Sequence record: NZ_CP104306.1
DNA length: 64,000 nucleotides
Reading direction: 5' to 3' (one strand)
Origin: a plasmid
Of this stretch, positions 55,136-64,000 are shown in pieces. The notes beneath the pieces were generated by a model. It saw only the letters and a list, made by a program, of their open reading frames with translations, did no database searches and had not been told where the DNA came from. The stretch's first letter is position 1, and the number at the start of each line of letters is the position of its first letter. A program made the translations under genes and the position numbers.

Positions 55136-57815
55136 GTTGCTTCACCACCCGTCGCTTTATCAAAACAACCAGTAATAAAAGGAACGCTGCGCTGATCAAT
55201 CCCAGTGCGATACCAAGCAATCGCTGATAGCCCTGACCACCTGTATGTGGCAAAATTGCAAGTGGCTGATTAATCGCCTGCAAAGTGATCGTGCTGCCAT
55301 CAATCGCTAATGTGTATCCGTTCTTACTTTCGCCCGGCTTCAATGCCTCACCGTCAATCGTGACGGTTGCCTCTTTACCAGTCGTAGCTACCTGAATGGC
55401 AATCTTGGCAGGATTGCTTTGATAGCCATCTGGTGCTTTTGTTTCTGACATCGTATAGGTACCATCTGCAATTAACTTTGTTGCAAACGCTTGTCCCTCA
55501 GATGTCGCCGATGATGTTATTGTCTCAGCTTCCCCAGCACTTGGTTGCAGGGTGAACGCTGCACCTGCAAGATATTGGCTTTGATTATCCTGTTTGATGA
55601 CCCGCAAAGTCATGGATGGCTTTGGTTCATCGTATTTCGTTAGCGTCAGAATTTGCTGGTGATCCCCGGTCACCGTAAAATCATCTGACTTATCACCAAC
55701 AGGATTCAAAGTCTGCTGGCCATTAATAACACTCCCTGATGTCACATTGTCCTTTGTGCCATGGTATTGCCATTGCCCATCAGACGTTAGCTGAAAAAGA
55801 TACGTTGTCCCATCAAGTTGATAACCTGTAGGTGCTGCAGCTTCCTGAATACCGTAATACCCCGGCGCTAGTGCCTGCAGATCCGTTGACGTGATGGCGT
55901 TGGTTTTGGATACCTGCTGAAAACTGTTATCGCTGTACTGGGTTAAGTTAAACTGCATGGCCTTCAACTGATCTGTTGATAAATCAGTACCATCGGTTGT
56001 TTTTTTCTGAAATTGAAAACCATACTGCTGATTTGTCAAAGTCAACGTTGCTGTTTGCTGATCCATATTTTGAGAACTGATAAACGAACTCAAATCAATT
56101 CCCGAGGCATCTTCACTCTTAACGACATATGAAAAACTTTGACCCTGATTGTTATACGCAGGTGCCGTAAAGCTAGCTTTCCAGTTATCAGCTTTTTTAA
56201 GGACTAAGGTCTGTTGCCAATTTGGATCAAGCGAACCGTCAGCCACTTTTCGCTGCACCGTGACGTTGAGCGTATCCGGTAACGATTGATTGCTTAACTG
56301 GCGCCATTGCTTCTGCACATAAACTGTAGTTGCTGGTGCCCTGCCTGAAGGAATCCCAAAGTCAACAGCGGCAGCGCCCGCTTTTGGTGTCAACAATGTT
56401 TCACCATTCATTTGGTACCAAAAATCAGGCTTGAAGCCACCATCCTCTGTTTTGATCCGGACTTGATAATGGATTTGAACTTCCTGATCCTGACCCAAGT
56501 TCATGTGATTCACCGTCAATTGACCATCTTGGATCGCCGCACTTGGCAACTCACTTGCTGGCACAGTTTGCTTGCCGACACTCGTAACGGTCGCCTGGTT
56601 GTTCGCATATTGAAATTGCGTACCAATCGGGTCTGTGATCGTGCCGTCGGTGACAGTATTAAAGTTTTTGATAATGTCCTTTGCCTGATTGTGCAAATAA
56701 GCCTCAACAGCATCGGCACTATCAGCATCTTCGTATAAATCCGGTGAATTGGTAATAAGCTGCATGTTTTGGCGTATTTTTTCTTTCGTCATGTAGTGGT
56801 CGTCGTCAGCCAGTTGGATGCCTAACGCGTGCACCTCATTACCACTATCCTTTGCTATCTTGGCCTCACCCAATGTTGCTGGCCAAGTATCATATATATA
56901 ATGACCTGAACGATCGGTGTATGGCCATCGAAGTCGTGCGGTGTTCTCTGGTTCATCTCTGCTGGATCCAAAATTAGTGCCATACAATGTGCCATTTATC
57001 CACTCTGAATTCATCACCTCGTTAGAAAAAGTCGGCACGCCATCAGTTAACAAAATCATCATTTTTTTATTGCCACTGGTGTCCGCATTCAGCATGGCTG
57101 ATCCTTGCCGCAAACCAATCTGCGTATACGTAGCCCCTTGAAACCTTGGACTCAATGCACCATTAATCGCTTGTTGCTGGCTGGCATTACCTGCTTTGCC
57201 TAATTTGACACTAATATAACCCGAGTTGCCACCGATATAACCAGGACTAGAAAACCCAATTAAACCAACATTGACGTAATTACCCAGACCGGCGTTTTGA
57301 ATAGAAGTCAAGAAATTCTTAACGCCAGTACGAACAGCACCAGCTCGATTCGTGCCCCATCTGTTTGACTCCATTGACCCAGACATATCAACAACTAAGA
57401 CAATATCTACAGGCTTCACATTTTGCTGTGTATTGCCTTTGACGTTCAAATAAACGTCGTACAATCCGGGGGTATTCGTCTCTTTAGCATATTTTCGAAT
57501 CTGATAATCCGGATTATTGGGGTCACCAAATTTCAGGTAAGAATTCGTGGTATCAGTCGCATCACCATTCCATATTGTATTGTTATCCCACCCTGAAACT
57601 TGATCACCGCCACGTTGATTGATTACATTTTGTTGTCCCGTGACCTGCCACGAATTTGTCGGATAGGTACCATTAGCATCGGTTTGATAGGTTGGGCGAA
57701 TGTTAGCAGTGGCTGTCACAACTGAACTGCCACTTGTCACTAAGCCTGTTAACATACTCATCAAAATCAATAAGACCGCGAACAAATGCCCAGTTCTCGC
57801 CACTTTAGCTGTCAT
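55128..57815 (-). CDS. spaC: Pilus tip adhesin with a von Willebrand factor A domain (SpaC-like)
   Basis: An 895-aa protein with a signal peptide. The MIDAS motif DIVLVVDMSGSM is present, and the LPHTGGQG sorting signal is followed by a transmembrane segment and KRR tail. Confidence 0.8.
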   Translation of the reverse strand: MTAKVARTGHLFAVLLILMSMLTGLVTSGSSVVTATANIRPTYQTDANGTYPTNSWQVTGQQNVINQRGGDQVSGWDNNTIWNGDATDTTNSYLKFGDPNNPDYQIRKYAKETNTPGLYDVYLNVKGNTQQNVKPVDIVLVVDMSGSMESNRWGTNRAGAVRTGVKNFLTSIQNAGLGNYVNVGLIGFSSPGYIGGNSGYISVKLGKAGNASQQQAINGALSPRFQGATYTQIGLRQGSAMLNADTSGNKKMMILLTDGVPTFSNEVMNSEWINGTLYGTNFGSSRDEPENTARLRWPYTDRSGHYIYDTWPATLGEAKIAKDSGNEVHALGIQLADDDHYMTKEKIRQNMQLITNSPDLYEDADSADAVEAYLHNQAKDIIKNFNTVTDGTITDPIGTQFQYANNQATVTSVGKQTVPASELPSAAIQDGQLTVNHMNLGQDQEVQIHYQVRIKTEDGGFKPDFWYQMNGETLLTPKAGAAAVDFGIPSGRAPATTVYVQKQWRQLSNQSLPDTLNVTVQRKVADGSLDPNWQQTLVLKKADNWKASFTAPAYNNQGQSFSYVVKSEDASGIDLSSFISSQNMDQQTATLTLTNQQYGFQFQKKTTDGTDLSTDQLKAMQFNLTQYSDNSFQQVSKTNAITSTDLQALAPGYYGIQEAAAPTGYQLDGTTYLFQLTSDGQWQYHGTKDNVTSGSVINGQQTLNPVGDKSDDFTVTGDHQQILTLTKYDEPKPSMTLRVIKQDNQSQYLAGAAFTLQPSAGEAETITSSATSEGQAFATKLIADGTYTMSETKAPDGYQSNPAKIAIQVATTGKEATVTIDGEALKPGESKNGYTLAIDGSTITLQAINQPLAILPHTGGQGYQRLLGIALGLISAAFLLLLVVLIKRRVVKQHD

Positions 57816-57885
57816 CTTCGTAAATTTTTACCCTCCTCTCAAGTAAAATTTTAAACACTGACAGTGCAATCATTCATGCGCTTAC

Positions 57886-58044
57886 AACTCGAAAGTTTTG
57901 AGCTATAGACTGCACAAACAAAATATACATCAATTAAATTATAATTGATAGTCAATATAACAAATTTTCTTCCATTTTTAGTTTTTGCCTTTGTTATCCA
58001 CATCACTTTAAAAAAAAAGTAAAAGAGCTCAAAACTTTCGAGTT
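57886..58044. repeat. 19-bp perfect inverted repeats (aactcgaaagttttgagct) separated by 121 bp in the AT-rich region upstream of spaC
   Basis: 57886..57904 is the reverse complement of 58026..58044. Confidence 0.5.
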
Positions 58045-58460
58045 ACGATCACTTGTTAATCCACTTTTTACCCAATAATTCTTAAAAATTCAGATTTTAC
58101 GCTACAATTAATTAATTCAATCAACACTGTCTGATTTTTAGTTCCTAACTAGTGGCTGCTTTCACCAGCCACTTCTTAGGCATCTGTGCGCCTCCTTCCA
58201 TTGTTTCCGGCGTCTCTCTTCTTCCAACACCAGCTTAACAAGTTGACCCCGCGCAAAGGAATGATAATGTTCGTTATTTAACAAGATATTTTTAAAAGTG
58301 CATACTTATTGACATTATAGGTATTAATCTGTACATATAATGTAAAAAGCTCTATTTATAGGTAAATAAGGTCTTCAAACCCAAAAGTAGCCTTGAAACA
58401 TCCGGCGTATTGCCAGTAAGCCCCAAGACTACTTATAGGTTATTTATTCAACTAATTAGT

Positions 58461-59027
58461 TTAAGCTTTGATGATTTTCCCAACTGCAATTGGTAAAGTA
58501 ACGTGGGCATCGTAGTTCATGACAGTTCCTTGAACAGTAGCCGGTAGCTTCAAGGTATCCGGCACACCATGAATATAAATGACCCTTTTATCGAGCTGCA
58601 AATCGTCACTGCCAAAAGCGGCTTTAAACGCTGTCTGCAATTCCTTCAGATCAACGAGTTTGTCATAAGCATAGTGACCTTCTGCATCAGCCACTGGGTA
58701 ACTGTCATTTGGCACATGCATCTTGGCCGGTTCAGCGTCAAATGGCACCATCGTTGTACCGGAAACCGGTTCTGTTTCTGGCAGATCCACGAAACCGTCA
58801 CCATTAGCATCTTGTGCCGCTGTGGCGATTTCTGCTGGCTTACCATCCGGGAATCCGTGGAAATGTTCCCAATGCTGCACATTAGAAGGTGTATCAAACA
58901 TATCGATATGAATCTTCATTTGCGTACCATCAATCGTGAACGTCGCGGCACCGTGCGCTGCGCTGCCAATCTTCTCAGCGTTCAATGGCACAATTTCTGC
59001 TTTATACTTTTCAGCCATGCAAAGCAC
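58461..59027 (-). CDS. Hypothetical protein, possibly a CHRD-domain protein
   Basis: EHFHGFPDGKP loosely matches the CHRD AHxHxGxxGxxGP motif. Confidence 0.3.
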   Translation of the reverse strand: MLCMAEKYKAEIVPLNAEKIGSAAHGAATFTIDGTQMKIHIDMFDTPSNVQHWEHFHGFPDGKPAEIATAAQDANGDGFVDLPETEPVSGTTMVPFDAEPAKMHVPNDSYPVADAEGHYAYDKLVDLKELQTAFKAAFGSDDLQLDKRVIYIHGVPDTLKLPATVQGTVMNYDAHVTLPIAVGKIIKA

Positions 59028-59112
59028 TCCTTTTAGATTTAGACTCAGTTTCAGTATAGTGCTAACTGGAACGACTCACAATCTATTGCATTTCAAAAGT
59101 GAGGTTGCAAGA

Positions 59113-59990
59113 TTATTTGGCCAATTGCAATAACCGTTGGCGCAAAGCAGGATCAGCTGCGTAAAGATAAAGCCCGTGCTTCGCCCTCTTCAGCAGAATA
59201 TTAATGGCATTCATGATAATCGCGGCTTTAGCGTCGGTGGTGTCGGCCAAATCCGGGCGCTTTTTGAATGCTTCCTTGTCTTGGTACTGCGCCAGATCAA
59301 CCGTAAGTCGGTCTTTTGAGGGATCATAGCCTAGACTCGGCCCTAGAATCACACCTGCGTAATTCAAGTCAAAGCCTTGAATCGTATAAATGGAACCAAC
59401 TTCATGCAATGTCTCAGGACGTTGTGCCCACGGGCGATCGGTGAAGTTGATCTTGTCCCAAGGCAACCGCAGAGAGCCAGCTTGGACATACCAGGTTTTA
59501 CCATCGAGCACTGTGAATGGATGTCAGCTGTAGCAATCATGCGCGAAAGGCCGGTTTCGGCATTGCGCCGCTGAATGAGGTCATACATCGGCTGACCATC
59601 AGAAAAAACTTGAAAATCAAAATGTTGCGGATGTGGCAAAGGCAACATTTTTCCACGAACAAAATGATCAATCCAATCATTCACCGCCGTATCGCCTCCC
59701 CGCATCTATTCGGTCAGATGATAATGTGTCACTGCGTAATCGCGCGTCACTCTTTTCAATAAAGCAGGTGTCCAAAAACTCTTTAGCTTGACTAGCTGGT
59801 GGAAATCGAACACGAGCACCACCACTCGAGCCAACTGAAGAATATCAGCAAGCTGATTATGCCCACGGAATTTATTATACGGATCAGGCGTCGTCAGTAG
59901 TAAATGGCCTTCATCGATCAGCACGACATCTGCCCGCTTACCGGCTTTGCGGTACGCGTTAATAAATGGTGTTGGTTACAATCTACCATT
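59113..59990 (-). pseudogene. Decayed DUF2075-type (Schlafen-like) ATPase gene, frameshifted into three or more ORF fragments
   Basis: Fragments are 59706..59924 (MLIDEGHLL, Walker B-like), 59364..59705 and 59113..59511 (the TIQGFDLNYAGVILG C-terminal motif). All are collinear on the minus strand. Confidence 0.4.
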
Positions 59991-60008
59991 TACTATGATT
60001 ATTAGTAA

Positions 60009-61796
60009 CTATTTTGCCTCTACCCAACCGTGTGTCAATAAGCTCGTTTTTTTTTCATCAGCAAGATCTTGACTGGGAATTGCAACTGCTAATAAGTACT
60101 TTGGACGACTTAATGCTACATATGCTAGTTTAAGACAATCCCGCTGTAACTGTTCTATTTCTGGATCCGATGAAAAATCTGGTCGGTCTCCTAGTAAATA
60201 AGGAAAGATAGTTTTGAAGAACTTATTGATTTTGTCTTCTTCATTAAATTTCATGTGTACACATGAAGTTAGTAAAAGCAGTGTCGATCGATGTGTTTCA
60301 CCTTTAACTCCGTGAATTGTTGCAAATTCTCGGTGGACTGTCGATAAATTCATTCTTTCAGGTTCACCTTCTAGGTTGCTAACGTCTTGAAGCAGATGCT
60401 TGCATTCTCTTTGCAAATAAGCTTCTGAAATAGTTTCTGAACCAATTAGACTGTACAAATGATATTGTACCTCGTTCAATGAAATATTTTGTTTTGCGAG
60501 TTTCTGGATGACATCTGCTAATTCAAGGTTGCTATCATGATTATTACGGATTAGTACTGATTCTTCCATAAAAGAAACGCCATTCGCATTGGCCAATAAT
60601 TTGATAACCAATGCATAAATTTCACTGACACTTCTTTCATGAGCTCGTTGCTCTGAACCCTCTTTGGAATATTTGGGTTCAACTTTTATAATGTCGCTGT
60701 GCATTATTCCGACAATAGCATCTGGTTTCTGCAATATACGAAAATTTGGATTTGAACTGGCAGCGTCTTCGATCAGCCGAGTATGCTTTTCCTTGAGTTC
60801 GTCTCCAGTTTCATATGTCATAAAATACTTCGGAAAGAAATTTAGTTCTTGATTCGAATGGAATTGTTCATATTCCTGAACACAAACATGTTTAACTACA
60901 GCAGCAATTAAACTGCCAAACCTTGTAGTTTCAGAGATTTCTTTAGTCTGGTAGAATTCGTTATCGGGTCTCGGGTTCCAAGAGTCCTCTGTCTCGGATC
61001 CATAGATAGTATATAATGCTTGATACGGATCTCCAAATCTTTGTACATTCAACTGTTTGCCATTAGCCAGACCATTTATAATGGCAAACTGAATCCAATC
61101 GGTATCTTGAGCTTCATCGATCATTAAGTATGAAAATCGTTTCTCAAATGCCACGCTCAACTCGTCTCTATGTTTACTTAGATACCAATAAGACAATGAT
61201 TTGAGATCAGAATATGAAACATAGCCATCCCTTAACAGCCATTCGCATGCACGATTAATGGCATATTGACAACGCTGATTCTGGTGTCTGTTAGTGTAAT
61301 AAAATGATCCGTCATCTAAAATTACTAGCTTGCACCCATTTTTGGACGGCTTAGGTACGTTCCAATCTGAACGATAGTCCTTAACAATTCTCCTAAAATT
61401 TTTATCATACTTTTCATAGAACTTTTCATCATCTAAAAGCTTAAGCGTCACACCGGGTAGGACCGTGGCAAATGCAGTTTTACCTAAAAATTTATCCATG
61501 AAACTTTGAATAGTTCCTACAAAATTTGGATATTCAATTTCATCCACACCAGCAAGCTTCAACCGTGCTAAAATCTCTTTTACAGCAACATTGGTATGTG
61601 TAATACAGCAGATGCCTTTATCTTCGTAGTTGCGAGTGGTCAATAACCTTAACACCTTCGCTGCTAATACGGTTGTTTTACCTGATCCAGGTCCAGCTAC
61701 GACGTCAATTCGTCCTATTGCTTGAATAACTTCTCGCTGTTCCGCTGTAAAATGCGCACCGTGCAACAATATGCTTTCAATTTGCATCAAGTTCAA
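60009..61796 (-). CDS. UvrD/PcrA-like superfamily 1 helicase (GajB-like)
   Basis: Motif I VVAGPGSGKTT, motif II LMIDEAQDT and motif VI ALSRPKYLL. It overlaps the upstream gene by 4 nt. Confidence 0.6.
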   Translation of the reverse strand: MNLMQIESILLHGAHFTAEQREVIQAIGRIDVVAGPGSGKTTVLAAKVLRLLTTRNYEDKGICCITHTNVAVKEILARLKLAGVDEIEYPNFVGTIQSFMDKFLGKTAFATVLPGVTLKLLDDEKFYEKYDKNFRRIVKDYRSDWNVPKPSKNGCKLVILDDGSFYYTNRHQNQRCQYAINRACEWLLRDGYVSYSDLKSLSYWYLSKHRDELSVAFEKRFSYLMIDEAQDTDWIQFAIINGLANGKQLNVQRFGDPYQALYTIYGSETEDSWNPRPDNEFYQTKEISETTRFGSLIAAVVKHVCVQEYEQFHSNQELNFFPKYFMTYETGDELKEKHTRLIEDAASSNPNFRILQKPDAIVGIMHSDIIKVEPKYSKEGSEQRAHERSVSEIYALVIKLLANANGVSFMEESVLIRNNHDSNLELADVIQKLAKQNISLNEVQYHLYSLIGSETISEAYLQRECKHLLQDVSNLEGEPERMNLSTVHREFATIHGVKGETHRSTLLLLTSCVHMKFNEEDKINKFFKTIFPYLLGDRPDFSSDPEIEQLQRDCLKLAYVALSRPKYLLAVAIPSQDLADEKKTSLLTHGWVEAK

Positions 61797-63883
61797 TCTT
61801 GTTCAACCTCCTGCCCACTTGCAAACTTAATCGCATTAATTAAATACTTGCATTCTTCATTTTGTGAATGTGTTGTATCGCCAATAATTTTATTTTTCAG
61901 CTCTTCCTTTTCATCTTGACTAAGACCCATAATTAGTTTTGCTAATTGTTCACTAACCTGTGTTTTTGAAACCGAGCCTTTGTTCAAGGCTGCATACGCA
62001 TTGTATGCAGCCATATTCGGACTTGTTTTATAATCTTCTTCAAATTTTTTAATAAATTTTTCCCGATGATTTTCTCTAACGAATTGTGTTTCAGCTATCG
62101 CTTGAATCGTAAGATGACGCAAAGAGCTACGCAAAAGACTGTACTCCAAAGTCCATAATGGCGACATGAATATTTTACTATTGGAACTAAATTCTTCGTA
62201 TTTTTGATTGAGACACTCTTGCCTTTCTGCTGTCTTACTGGCCCAGTCAGAATCAGATCGGAATTTTTTTACCTGAATAATTAAATTCTTAATTTTAGTA
62301 TTTTCAAATCTTAGTTTAAAAGCAGCTACTAATTCAGCAAAAGTCGCATACTCCTCTCCGAACAAGTCAACATTCAAATCGCTAGGGCCACTAATCAACT
62401 CCTGGATTTTTTCAGCGCTCTCTGAATCGATACCATACACAGTCGGATTAATATCTGAATCTGTAATTATAGAGATAGGGATACCAATTTTTTCTGATTT
62501 TTCTTTTTGAGAAAACAGTTTAATATATTGATTAAAGCTTGTCCCGCCAACGTTTACAATTGAGATACCAGAACGATGTAACGGTAAATTTATTAAATCT
62601 GCCAGGGCTGGTAATAAAATATTTTCCGCATATCCCTCCACCAAAATAATTCCTTTTGCAAAGAATAGGTTACTCTTTGTTGCATCTAAAAATCGATTCA
62701 AAAAATCATAATCAGCTTCCTCAAGCATGGTGTCCTCAGGTGCCATCGAATAGGCTTTATTAGCGTTCATATATATCAGCGATCTTTGATCTATCGATGC
62801 GGTCAGTGCAACACTATGTGAAGTCAATATAAACTGCTGAGATGAATTATCCTCTGTGCTAAGAATATAGCGCTCGATGTATTTAATTAGTCGTATCTGA
62901 GCCTGCACGTGCAAGTGCGCCTCTAATTCCTCTATAAGCATAATGTTTGGACCATAAACCACTGAACTTGAATGATCCTTTAGCAGCGCTAACTCGGTCG
63001 AAATGTACAACAGGTTCAAGTTCCCCAATCCCAAATTGACGCTTTCTGAACTTAAACTTAGCTGTTTGAATATTTGATCAAGTGTAACTTGTGTTAGTTG
63101 AAAGCGCGTGTCACTTTTATCCTGATCTTGACTATCAAATAACTGCCTCAATACCGAATGAAGTTCTTTATTAATTGATTGTTTTTCCAAATTATTATCA
63201 GAAAGATGATCGTTATCTTTAGGTGGATTCGATTCACTTGGAAAGCCATCTGAGAGATATCCCTCTATTATTGCGTTGGCTTCCTCCAACGCTTGGACAA
63301 GTTTTAATTTATGTTCTGGGTGATTTCGAAACTCCGAGTGTGCTGCAAGTAATTGTGGCAGATGTGAGCGAAAGCCAGGAGTTAATTCATCTGTTGCATT
63401 TCTCAGAGCTTTTAAGTATGTAACACGTAAGTATACTCGTGCCCCACTTGCTAACGAAGATTCTGCACCTTCATCTCCTGCAACTAGATTTCGATCTAAA
63501 TATTGACGTCCAGCTTCACTCGTTTTGCGCTCAACTGTTAGTTTTACATGTAACTCATATTCATTATTATCGTCAAACGACAGCCACTCTAGAAAAGTTC
63601 CAGCCTCGTACTTGTTGAGACTACAAAATACAGCCTCAATCTTAAAATCATTTGAAAACTCGGTCCCGTCAAAATAGAAATCCTCGTCTTGAATACTGGT
63701 TCGATCATCGCTAACTGTTCCAAGCAACATTTTAATTGCATCGATAACTGCAGTTTTCCCTGAATCATTTTCACCGACAATGATATTCAAGCCCGGATGA
63801 AATTTTACTATCAATCCAGGTTCCCCATTCACCTGAGAAACAAATTTTCGAAAATCATACAGTTTAACAGTTTTTAGAAACAC
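61793..63883 (-). CDS. OLD-family ABC-ATPase plus Toprim nuclease (GajA-like)
   Basis: An N-terminal Walker A IIVGENDSGKTAVIDAIKMLLG. A C-terminal Toprim domain with GIILVEGYAE and IITDSDIN (DxD). Length is 696 aa. Confidence 0.6.
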   Translation of the reverse strand: MFLKTVKLYDFRKFVSQVNGEPGLIVKFHPGLNIIVGENDSGKTAVIDAIKMLLGTVSDDRTSIQDEDFYFDGTEFSNDFKIEAVFCSLNKYEAGTFLEWLSFDDNNEYELHVKLTVERKTSEAGRQYLDRNLVAGDEGAESSLASGARVYLRVTYLKALRNATDELTPGFRSHLPQLLAAHSEFRNHPEHKLKLVQALEEANAIIEGYLSDGFPSESNPPKDNDHLSDNNLEKQSINKELHSVLRQLFDSQDQDKSDTRFQLTQVTLDQIFKQLSLSSESVNLGLGNLNLLYISTELALLKDHSSSVVYGPNIMLIEELEAHLHVQAQIRLIKYIERYILSTEDNSSQQFILTSHSVALTASIDQRSLIYMNANKAYSMAPEDTMLEEADYDFLNRFLDATKSNLFFAKGIILVEGYAENILLPALADLINLPLHRSGISIVNVGGTSFNQYIKLFSQKEKSEKIGIPISIITDSDINPTVYGIDSESAEKIQELISGPSDLNVDLFGEEYATFAELVAAFKLRFENTKIKNLIIQVKKFRSDSDWASKTAERQECLNQKYEEFSSNSKIFMSPLWTLEYSLLRSSLRHLTIQAIAETQFVRENHREKFIKKFEEDYKTSPNMAAYNAYAALNKGSVSKTQVSEQLAKLIMGLSQDEKEELKNKIIGDTTHSQNEECKYLINAIKFASGQEVEQD

Positions 63884-64000
63884 TATACATTCCTCCCTAG
63901 GGACATTCTACTATCCCACTCATTATGCAAAAATACGACTAGATGCTCGAAAAATTCGCTTATAACCAGATGACCTACACACTAAGTATACAACTAGCGT

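Noticed and set aside
58298-58335. ttgaca ... tataat on the plus strand upstream of spaC, considered as a promoter
   Set aside because: The spacer is about 21 nt, which is too long. The orientation is also away from spaC, which is on the minus strand.

Overview
This 64-kb window reads as a segment of a large conjugative plasmid (RepA_N replicon with ParA/RHH partition, MOBP relaxase and a Gram-positive type IV secretion operon). The host is probably a Lacticaseibacillus of the rhamnosus/casei group, because it carries an spaCBA-srtC pilus cluster with LGG-like gene sizes (895, 241 and about 335 aa). Base composition is mosaic: a backbone near 45% GC, with low-GC islands (roughly 30-38% GC) and IS elements interspersed.

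In order along the window:
- A serine-recombinase gene truncated by an IS5-family element with perfect 18-bp terminal inverted repeats.
- A type II restriction-modification cassette (putative restriction endonuclease, C5-cytosine methyltransferase, NrdH-like glutaredoxin) bracketed by 58-bp direct repeats.
- A GC-rich non-coding block, followed by a five-gene operon of small unknown proteins.
- An IS110-family element with a long, structured 5' non-coding end.
- An LtrC-like primase/ArdC fusion, a MOBP relaxase with RHH accessory proteins, and an oriT-like repeat cluster.
- A roughly 14.5-kb minus-strand T4SS operon (VirB4, VirD4, VirB6-like with 60-bp tandem repeats, glucosaminidase+NlpC/P60 hydrolase, SSB, thioredoxin-like protein, surface Ig-like protein).
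- An Fst/par-like type I toxin-antitoxin, with a convergent antisense RNA sharing a bidirectional terminator.
- An HU-like gene and a thioester-domain LPxTG adhesin with four CnaB-type repeats.
- The RepA_N replication module with iterons inside the gene, and a ParA/RHH partition locus with a centromere-like repeat array.
- A YolD plus Y-family polymerase operon.
- Two inverted IS30-family copies, each with its own 4-bp flanking direct repeat, bracketing a low-GC cargo. The cargo holds a 627-aa YxeA(DUF1093)-multi-TM protein with a novel C-terminal domain, an intact serine recombinase, a BRCT-only protein, a zinc-ribbon protein, a pyrimidine-dimer-glycosylase-like protein and a PNPOx-like protein.
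- The spaCBA-srtC pilus cluster.
- A CHRD-like gene, a decayed DUF2075 ATPase pseudogene, and an OLD-family ATPase/Toprim plus UvrD-helicase pair resembling Gabija.

Most novel candidates: the IS30-bracketed 627-aa membrane protein module, the five-gene leading-region operon, the Fst-like toxin-antitoxin, and the structured non-coding blocks.
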